DNA from: Fimbriosthenelais zetlandica
Taxonomy: Eukaryota
Reading direction: 5' to 3'
Assembly (NCBI GenBank): GCA_977030845.1
Contig: OZ365116.1
Coordinates: 22,382,001-22,446,000, forward strand
DNA length: 64,000 nt
The first letter of the stretch is position 1; every line of letters begins with the position of its first letter. The position numbers were made by a program, and so were the translations under genes. Below, in pieces: positions 13,145 through 22,261 of the stretch. The notes under the pieces are model-generated. The model was not told the origin of the DNA. It saw only the letters and a list, made by a program, of their open reading frames with translations, and did not search any database.

Positions 13145-16100
13145 CTGAAATTTAATAATAGACTATTATTACCCCACTCTATACTCAATAACATCCGGAT
13201 CTGGCCATTTATCGGGGGGGGGGGGAATAGGAGACCAAGAAATCCTATAATAAAAACCACACTGTATATGGTCTGAGGTATCCACTAAAAAATGATTGGA
13301 TAGGAAATAGGAAATGTTAGAGAAAGTGAGGTAGATATTTTACCTGCTGTTTTCCAGGCATTGTCTGGTGTAGTGAGATACTCGGATATTTTTTGACTAC
13401 ATAAGATGATACCACAGAGTAGAGGTGGGGTGACGACTCCCAGCAGAATAATGGTGGCCTCCAGCTGGGCCAGGTGACGGTTCTTACTGGGCCACCACCG
13501 CCACTACAAGACAAAACACAATCTATATTACACACTGTGCCAGTTATTGGATACTAATATTGAATTATCTTATTTTAAGTGGATATGTTAAACCCAGTTA
13601 AACTGAGATATCGCTTTATAAATCTATTAAATCAGTTGATTTATTGGTATGATTAAATAATCATTTTAAGAAAGAGATGGAGAGAGGAATTATAGAAGGG
13701 TGAAGAGAGAGGATTGAGAGTTGGGGTGGGGAGAAGAAAGAAGTATAAAAGTGAGTAAAACACAAGAAATAAGAAGAAAAGCCAGGATAGGGAGACATGT
13801 ATTGAGGGAGAAGGCAGGTGAGAGCTAACCTGAGATGTGGGTTTCATCTTGCGCCTGGCTTTGAACTGGTAACGACACACCTCACAGTAGGTAATCTTAG
13901 CGATGGACAGCCATCGCTGAATACACGACAGATGGACGTAGGAATGACAGAAGCAGGGCTGGATACACTCTTCACCATCCGCTCCCTGCCAGCAGATACG
14001 ACAGAAACAGTCATCCATAGACAGGGCGAGAGACGCCCGCTCCTCGTACGACATGCTACGAACCATCTGCAAATATTCATTATAAGTTTTTTTAATATAG
14101 ATCCAAATAGAGGAACATAGGTCACATGCCATTATATAAGCGGTATTGCCTCTCAAGCTTTCGTCATGGCTCAGTGATTTTTGGCTGTCCACTGGGTTGG
14201 GGGGTTGGGGGAGGGGTGAGTAGTAAGTAGTTAGGGTTATAGGGTCCTCACCCCCTTCAAGCTTTATTCATGGCTCAGTGATTTTTGGCTGGCCATTGGG
14301 TTGGGGGTGGGGGTGGGGGAGTAGTAGTTAAGGGTCATTACCCCTCTCAAGCTTTATTCATGCCTCACTAGTTCTGGCAGTGGAAAAGGGGAGGGTGTGT
14401 TCGAAACTAAGTATGTCCGAAGCTTTTGACCACTCTGACAAGTCTATGATATTAGAGTTCACGAACAGTTCCTGGGAGGACTCAGTCATGTTGGGTATAG
14501 GGTTCAAAGAGGACGGAACATGGCATTTAGGATATGTGTAAATGAAGTCAAGCCGTACAAGATGAATGTCTAGGATTACTATAGGACTGAATGACAGGTA
14601 AGCTAGCCCAGCTGATCATACACCCAGTGGTGAGACAATAGATTCATCCCACTTAATATCACTGTGTGGGTGGAGGGAAATGATATGTCCTTCTCTGCTC
14701 TTAACCCCTCATGTATCTATACCACACCAAGCATGTTACATGTTACTAAATTATAGCTTCATATGTCAAACTGACAGAATCATATTTCGGAGATAGTCAT
14801 AGGCAATAAGGTTACAAAAATGCTGATTCAGTATATATTTCAGGGGCAAAAAGTGCATTTTTTATGTTCATTTTACCTGAAGTTCTTGGTGCAATATACA
14901 CATAAAAAGGTGTATAATATGTGATATTTGTAGCTGGTGAATGAATACATTGTGGGGAGGAGGAGTAGGTGATGGGTGGCTTAGTGTGGTACACCCACCT
15001 TTATATAATGTTTACAATGCTAAACCTGAGCCGACCAGGGACTGCTCAAATCAATGGTTCTACCTGCTATTCGTTTATACCTGTTCACTCTTTATTCTAG
15101 ACTTTTTGCAAAGGTAAATGTAATCATAACTCATGTACCGACAACAAAGAACAAAAGTTAATACAAGTTCACTAATGTTCCTTGTTCTATATTCCTTGAT
15201 ATTTATTTTAATAGAAAATAAATATATATAAAGAATTTTAAGATTTATTTTGGGATGATCAATTGCTTTGTGGTTAAAATTTCCTCTGGAATACTATGTG
15301 TAGTTCTACTGGGTATCTGACACGAAATGAAATACCACAAAAATCTGTGAGCAAAGTGATTTTTATTTCTGTTTGCATTAGACGTTGCTGTTCCTTGCAG
15401 AAAATTCTCCACAAGATCACCAATGTATTTATAACTAATCTATATTGGGTGTGCAGGTACCAAGAGATTATATTTGGTAAGTGGTTATGATACCACCTAG
15501 AATTCCAGGTCCCCATATTCCAAGGACTCGTAAAAGAGAAACAGGTTGCCAAGGCGACAGCTAGAGAGAGTATGCAATCATTAAATCATTGGGCAAGCTC
15601 TTGGTGGCGATCGATGGCCGTGGATTGGAGACTGGCTTGTGTGTGACATTGGCAAATGGGTGAAGGTTACTTGGCTCTGTGTGGCGGTGGATCCCTGGAT
15701 ATTGGGAGGATAGAGGTGTGTGGGCTAACTCTTACATAGGTAAATTAACTACCAGTAGCTGCCATCTGTCCTTAAAACCATACCTATCCCGTGTCCTGTA
15801 TAGGATTTCAATACAGAACAAATCTTCAAAATGTCAGGTTCTCATGTAATGTATCCATGTAGGGGATTTGAGTGCATGATAGGATGGGTTTAGGGGTTTG
15901 AGGTGGAGGTTGGGGGGACCTATAGACATGTATAGAGAGATAAATTAGCTGTTATTGATCATTGGTTGTGTAAGGTGTCGTGTCTTACATGAAGTAATAA
16001 GGAACATCAAGGAGTCATGAACATCATAGAAAGTCCTGTGATGGAGTTATGTGGGGGAGCACAGATTGCATGTTCAGCTGCACCGATCTATAGCCTACAT

Positions 16101-18070
16101 TACTTCATATATGTAAGAGGTTTTTTCACTAATGCCCACACAAACTTTCAAGGACATTAGGTCAGACCAGGTCATATAGGATGACATAATAATACTTTGA
16201 AGATTCTTAGGCCTACTATAGAAAAACCGTACAAATTTAACAGGTTTCCCCTCCCCATCTCCCATTGCAAACTAAAGCTCAATAGATGCTTTGCCTGGTA
16301 CTGGCCTAGTATTTGCCATGGCAATAATTATCTGGAATGTCCAAGGCCAGGGTCTATTAGCAGCTTCCTAGGTCACTGCTCAAACTTGATTATGAAGCAA
16401 AACCATGCTATTATTTCAGAGTTGATTTGTCTTGATTAGGATCCAAGGACGATGGTAGAAGCAAATAATTGGGGACTAAATCTGTGATTATGTTATGAAT
16501 ATAGGATGAGAGAGGGACGTGGCACCGGCCCCGGGTGGTTGATCTGCTGTGTTAGGTTAGGTATTAATCTCTTATACTGATCTCTTTACGTATCACTTCC
16601 CTCACTTCTGGTGCCTACATATTGTATCTTGGTATAAGACAATGGCATATAGAGATAATTGGTACTGGTCATCTTTTAAATTATTCCCTCAACAGAAAGT
16701 TAAGAATCAAAATACCAGTATAAATTAATATGGACAAAATAGTTCATAGGTATTTAGATATTATATACTGAAATAATATACTATAGCATACATATATTTT
16801 TCCTGAGACTATTATTTTTTATTGTCTTATCTTATTAGTTACAAAATATTGTTCTTACCTCTGGAGTTTTGGCTCTCTCATAGCAAGGCAAAGTAGGCAT
16901 GGGGTATGGAGAAACTAGGGGTAGTTGATCAAGGGAACCTGTACGCCTCATGGCATTTTCCATCTGTTCCTGAGCTGCTCGGAGCTCATCTTTCACCTCT
17001 TCTGCTGTACTGGACACTGGGAGCAGCATGTGTGAATTCTGCTTCAAGTCCACCTCACTATTTCTCAGACTAAATAAGGAATCAGCACTCAGGCTTCTTC
17101 TTACTGAACCTGATTTGTAGGGGGAGGAAATGAGGGTGACCTGACTCCCAGCTACACTAACTGATGAACTAGCAAAAGAAGATGGTATCTCAATGTCCAC
17201 CAGACCACCTGAGGCAATGCTTCTGATGTCAAGAGGCGTCTGGTAATGCTGGGTCAAGGAGCGGGGGTACCGGTCATTTTGGAGGTCTAATTGTTTCCTA
17301 GGATGCCAGGAGGGCATTCCTGTCGATGGAAAAGGAATCATGGTTTGTTTCCTGCTGCTAGGATCATGACTAGGAGAAGCAGGGCTGAAGGAAGACTTGA
17401 GTTTGGTTTGAAGGCTTTGAAATACTGTTAACTGTTGTGGGTTATGGCGGTCATTGTTCTGGGCCTGAGTAGCCTCACTTACAGGGTTAGGCACACGAGT
17501 GGCAGGATTGTACAATGTTTCTGATTGAATAAAAACTTTAGAGTCCTGTTTAGGTATAAGATCTGGTGGGTTAAATAGGATGACATCACCTGACATTGTT
17601 GAATTTTCCACATCTGAAGTGTTCATCTGAGAGATGATACCCGCCACATTGGTGGACAATGGCAGCTCATTGCCAGACTCTGTATCTCTCTCATTCAGCT
17701 GCAATTTCCTCCCCATTCCACATCCACAGTTAGAATTAACTCCAAGATTGTTACTCCAACCTTCTATAGCGTTCATACCGAGTCCTCCTGTACCATGGGT
17801 GCTGTCTGACACCAATTCTAGCCCGCCACACCCTCCCGCGTTGGGGGCCTTAGCGTGCCCTGACGAGGGCCTTATTTTGCATGTTTTTACGCTCAATACG
17901 GTACTTCCTTCGTGTCTCTTACATTTAGTCATCTGCTTCCGGTTCAGCGAGGGAGTGACCCACGTGGAATCAGCACTGGTCGTTTGTGATAAAATATTCC
18001 CATTAGACCTGCAGTTATTGAAGGCATTTCGTTCCAAATCCAAGCTAGACATTCTAAGGTCAGATTCCAT
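12951..18070 (-). CDS. MARCH-family membrane-associated RING-CH E3 ubiquitin ligase (~600 aa)
   Basis: Exons 18070-16859, 14066-13830, 13503-13344, 13144-12951 = 1803 nt, phases 0/0/1. 404-aa S/T/N/Q-rich N-terminus, RING-CH-like CRICW...PCFC...VHLSCIQRWL...CEVCRYQF, two hydrophobic segments (ATIILLGVVTPPLLCGIILC; GLMTLVMVSAGTYLGAILYFC). In-frame TGA upstream of ATG 18070; AATAAA (- strand) at 12358-12363. Confidence 0.88.
13344..13503 (-). CDS. MARCH-like TM1 exon (WRWWPSKNRH...WKTA)
   Basis: cttgtag acceptor, G|gtaaaa donor, phase 0 to 1. Confidence 0.9.
13830..14066 (-). CDS. MARCH-like RING-CH exon
   Basis: tttgcag|ATGGTT acceptor, CAG|gttagc donor, 79 codons. Confidence 0.92.
14149..14368. 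repeat. Degenerate ~90-105 bp tandem repeat (2 full + 1 partial) with G-tracts
   Basis: ctcaagcttt(c/a)...catggctcagtgatttttggctg recurs near 14149, 14253 and 14343. Confidence 0.8.
16859..18070 (-). CDS. MARCH-like first coding exon (low-complexity N-terminus)
   Basis: 411-aa ORF cut at CCAGAG|gtaaga donor, phase 0. Confidence 0.8.
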
Positions 18071-18290
18071 TTCTAATTTCTCGCTGTCACGGTCTATATG
18101 ATGAGTTTTATGGCATCACGTACCGTGGCGTGGGTAGGCGTGTCGGCGTGTTGTGGTAGGATGGTGAGTGTCGGCTGGGTTGTGTGGCTCAGATAGCGGT
18201 ATATTGTAGTGATGGTGGCACCTGACATGGCATCCAAGGCTTGTCGAGTGCTGCTGATGCTGTTTCAGGTATTCGCTATATATACCTTAC

Positions 18291-18420
18291 CTCCTGCCTT
18301 CACCGCCTGACGTCATGCTTAGCTTAACCACTAGTTCTCCCCAGTCCAGGGGCTTCAACATGGCGCATGGGGTGTGTGCAGGGATAGGGGGCGGGAGTGC
18401 GCGGGGATTATAACTTTACG
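18291..18420. promoter_or_regulatory. Probable bidirectional promoter / non-coding first exons
   Basis: CRE palindrome TGACGTCA 18308-18315, YY1-like AACATGGCG 18358-18366, GC box GGGGCGGG 18388-18395; - strand donor GAG|gtaagg at 18290 and + strand donor TAC|gtaaaa at 18420; local CpG enrichment. Confidence 0.6.
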
Positions 18421-18882
18421 TAAAAATGATTTATTTTCATGATCGATAGGCATACTGGTTAATTAATATAATCAAAATCCTTTACTTTAGGCATATATTT
18501 AGCTCAACTTCTCGCAAGATTTGACCTGTGATTTTGGGATGTGCATTTGTTAGTAGATTGCATGTGCATTTTTTGTGCTTATAATATCATATAATGTCCA
18601 GTCAGCAATTTTTCAGCTATTTCCTGAACATTGCATGTATGTGACATTTTTATTGCGTTCGCTTCAATGTAAACTAGGCCATTTATCTCAGACATGTGAG
18701 GTCAACTCAATCATATCAACTTTGATATGTGGAGACTGAGGACAATATTTTGAGCAAGACCAAAATTGGATTGAATCATTATATAATATATAATATATAC
18801 GGTATTTGATTAATATTGGTACTAATATCTTATAGTAATATACTGTCCATGACATGGCTGCACTGTACAGGTATACTTCAAA

Positions 18883-21400
18883 ATGAAATCAGTGAAGTTT
18901 ACAGATATGTGTGCCTCCTGTGTATACAAGGGTGAATAAATCATGACATATTCCACTCTTTCTCCATGCACCTGTACGCTGCATATATAGAGTACATACA
19001 GTAGTCTACTTTGTTGTCTTAATTGTCTATAGGATATGATTTTATCCAGGGATTCTGAAAGCCATGAACCTGTCAGATTCCCCTGACAAAACCATCGTTA
19101 ATGGAATGTAAATCTAAAACCATGCCATTACTTTATGGTCTAATGTATTTCCAAATATTTGAGAATTGCCTCTTCCATTAGGCCTATAACAACTAATATG
19201 ATTGTCCTATTTGAAGAGATAAAGCCTAGTCTCAATATTTGTCATTGAACTTCATCATATTTAATACTTATGGATATTACGCTTATCATATACTGTTGAA
19301 TTAGGGCCTACAATAATATGGTCATGAGGTGCATTGTTTTAATTATAGAGTACCTCGTATGACCTGGATGGCCGTCCCTCAGCCCCTATATTCCAGGGTA
19401 CCAGTAGTCACAGACAGCTGGTGTGAGAACTCCCTGCTCGGGGCACCACCCTCCCTCTCTATGTATGACCATCACAGATAAAAATCAATCAAGTCCTACA
19501 CCTGTGTCCTATACAGTCCACAGTGACATTCGATCCCTTGATGCAATCTCCCCATTATATATTGCTCCTTATTATAGTGCACATTTCTCAGCATCATTAA
19601 ATTTTATTTCTGTAGGCATTCCCAGAAATCTACAGTAATATTTTTTCAATTTACAATATATGATCTATTTTGGGACATTCAACTATTCATCTATTGAGCA
19701 TAATATGATGTAAAAAGTTCCTTTTTCGGCACTTTGTTTATATACTACTATAAAATTATACTATGTATTTTAATCAATTTCGTGAAACATCCGATAATTT
19801 CCAAAAACTACTTACTATCTCTAATGCCTGGAAGCACCCAACATTTCCATATGCTACTACTTATTAGCCATACTGCCTGGAGCATCCCAATGTGTTCTAA
19901 TTAAGCTTTGCAGCAATATTACGATGTCAACTAAGTGGAGTATTTTATGTTGCAGGAATATGAGACTTGACCATTTCCCTCGGAATTTCCCTGGACACTG
20001 TGCCTATAGCTATTTGCATCATATAAATTGGAAACCGAAGGTAAGCAGTATAGAAGTATAAAATTTTGCCCTGTTGAATGATTATTTTTAAGAAGTAGGC
20101 TAATACTTCTTACAAATCAAATTTACCTCCCTTTGTAGTGAAGATGAATCAGAATAAGTCAACTAGATATAAATCTTTATTTATTGTATTTACATTACCA
20201 AACTAGTAAGGTGTACATTACTGATATATGTATTATGATATGAAAGGTATCGGTTGAGATACATAAGAACAATGTGTCAACACACCCTTGGTCAGTTATC
20301 AGTCTCGAGGATGAAAGACGAAAGGCCATAGAGCTGGTATTTACTCCTCTCGTGAATTTACTGAAAAACAATGTATTCAGTTCACTCTCAAGCGATTGTA
20401 TTTTAACAGAAATATAACTGTAAAAATCAGTCGGTTTGAGTTTCAAACATCACTATTATCGTTTGGCAGTAACATAACAGCATAGACCTTCATTGTTCAG
20501 TCTTCATTTCGAAAATATTTATACAAAATATTACATTAAAGGTTGGCCACGGTATGATGCAGTTTCGTTTTTATGTTCGTGTCAATGTCATTGATTGTCA
20601 ATGTCGACCTTTCACCACTAGATCCCCCGGATTAGGAAGAAACTATGAAGGCCATGGTGAATGTATGCCGCTGTTTCTTAGTATATAATCAGGATTATCC
20701 TCAGTTAATCTCACACCACTGTCTATCCTCTTACAGCTGCTTCACGCGCTACTCCATGTGAGCACAGAGTGACGGCCCACTGCGTGCTCCAACATGTGAA
20801 CACTAGGTGGGTACAAACCTATAGAAAATCTACTCATATAAACATTTATATCTTAACACAAGTGACAGGTTAGAACTTTAACACAAGGTGCAACATCCAA
20901 AAGGATAAATCATATAATTAAATAGTCATGAGACATTCTCTTGTACTTAAGCATAAAACTGTGCATAATGCAGCATGAAGCCCTCATGTGGACGGTATCT
21001 CTGGTTGCATTCTCAAGCCATGAATTCACTGAATCATAGGTTACAAGTATAAGTGAGTTAACCTATGAATCATAGGTTACAAGTATAAGTGAGTTTACCT
21101 ATGAATCATAGGTTACAAGTATAAGTGAGTTTACCTATGAATCATAGGTTACAAGTATAAGTGAGTTTACCTATGAACCATAGGTTACAAGCATAAGTGA
21201 GTTTTCTTATGCCATCTGGTAATATGTAGCCCTTGGTAAGTGAAATCGTTTGATAGACTCTTAAGGGCAGGTATGCTCTCATTTCTCATTTTCTATATTA
21301 TACCTCGCAAGTCACTGCCATAACATATTATATGTACATAGACCTACATTTACTTTCTTCCCATTTCTGCAGACAAACACTGAAATATAATATAATATGA
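18883..21400 (+). CDS. Uncharacterised Cys/His-rich protein, 151-158 aa, 7 coding exons
   Basis: Phase-consistent GT-AG chain 18883-18931, 19050-19107, 19397-19462, 19956-20040, 20563(or 20542)-20662, 20737-20806, 21373-21400, open throughout: MKSVKFTDMCASCVYKGILKAMNLSDSPDKTIVNGMVPVVTDSWCENSLLGAPPSLSMNMRLDHFPRNFPGHCAYSYLHHINWKPK(VGHGMMQ)FRFYVRVNVIDCQCRPFTTRSPGLGRNYEGHGESASRATPCEHRVTAHCVLQHVNTRQTLKYNII*. No homology recognised. Confidence 0.68.
21031..21210. repeat. 36-bp minisatellite x5
   Basis: Unit gaatcataggttacaagtataagtgagtt(a/t)acctat at 21031, 21067, 21103, 21139, 21175. Confidence 0.95.
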
Positions 21401-21954
21401 ACACAAGTTTCTTCTCTACGGAAACTAACTCGTCAGTCTATACATATTTTGCGTATATAAAAAGGGTAACAGTCTAGAAATTGTGGAGATGATTGCTCTA
21501 TATATGACTCCCATAAAAGCCGTGTCATTCAAAAGGTTGGATAAAAGCAAGACGCTTTTCATCCCAAAATGTTCAGTGTATGAACGCAATCAATCAGATA
21601 TTGCAGGCACAAACGTTATACATTCAAATGTTCCCCATCCAAGCTGGCAGTCCATTGAGGTATTTATCTCAATTTTCAGACGTCAGAATTTAATATTTTT
21701 CCTCTCTTTAGGGAAAAGAAAATAATCTTTAAAAATCTGTGTTGGTCCTTCTTGCTGACAGGGTTGCCCTCTACCGTATTTCCAAAACAATCCGGCGATG
21801 ACTAGTTTCATGTGAGGTTTCAAGTAGACTTTTCCATATATCAATCAAGGAAAAACGTTTATTATTGCATTAAAGTAGTAGTCATCACATATGAATGATC
21901 CAGCTACATATGACAGATAGCAGCGCCCGGACTTCCAGACGCTGAGTCTGTTTG

Positions 21955-22261
21955 TCATAAATAAACTGGATTTCCATGGATCATGGTGCTTTCCAGGACC
22001 CCAGAAACCACGCCACCTCCCGTGGCCGGATCACAGGAGACTGTATGTGTCCGTGCAGCTATAGCATTACCAGGGCTAGCAGTGAGAGGGAGGGGGTTGA
22101 TGATGCCACTAGATATAGACGAGGTAGAGCCAGGTGTGCCTGGAGTATGGGAGCTACCAGTAATGGAGGGTGTGCGTGGTAATGTCTTCTTACATTTAGA
22201 ACAGTTGATAACTCGACTACCACGGCGTCCTGCAGTACTCCGTGTCAGTTGAGAGGAGCAT
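21955..22261 (-). CDS. RAPSN: Rapsyn terminal exon (end of RING-H2 plus S/T/G/P-rich tail, ...HGNPVYL*)
   Basis: ctttcag acceptor, phase 2, open for 101 codons to TGA. Confidence 0.88.

Noticed and set aside
14067-14192. ORF-track start MDSQKS... for the RING-CH ORF
   Set aside because: Lies in the intronic tandem repeat upstream of a good acceptor at 14067
17634-18101. 155-aa + strand ORF
   Set aside because: Antisense shadow of the long MARCH first coding exon; no motif or splice support
18360-18413. MAHGVCAGIGGGSARGL* as the start of the + strand gene
   Set aside because: Stops before the donor; at most a uORF in the non-coding first exon
20737-20806. HCVLQHVNTR resemblance to Abitram/FAM206A (HCILQHSNR)
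   Set aside because: Only a short motif matches; the flanking sequence and its position in the protein do not align from memory
21031-21210. 36-bp repeats with hairpin potential as a CRISPR array
   Set aside because: Units are directly adjacent with no unique spacers, there are no cas genes, and the context is a eukaryotic intron
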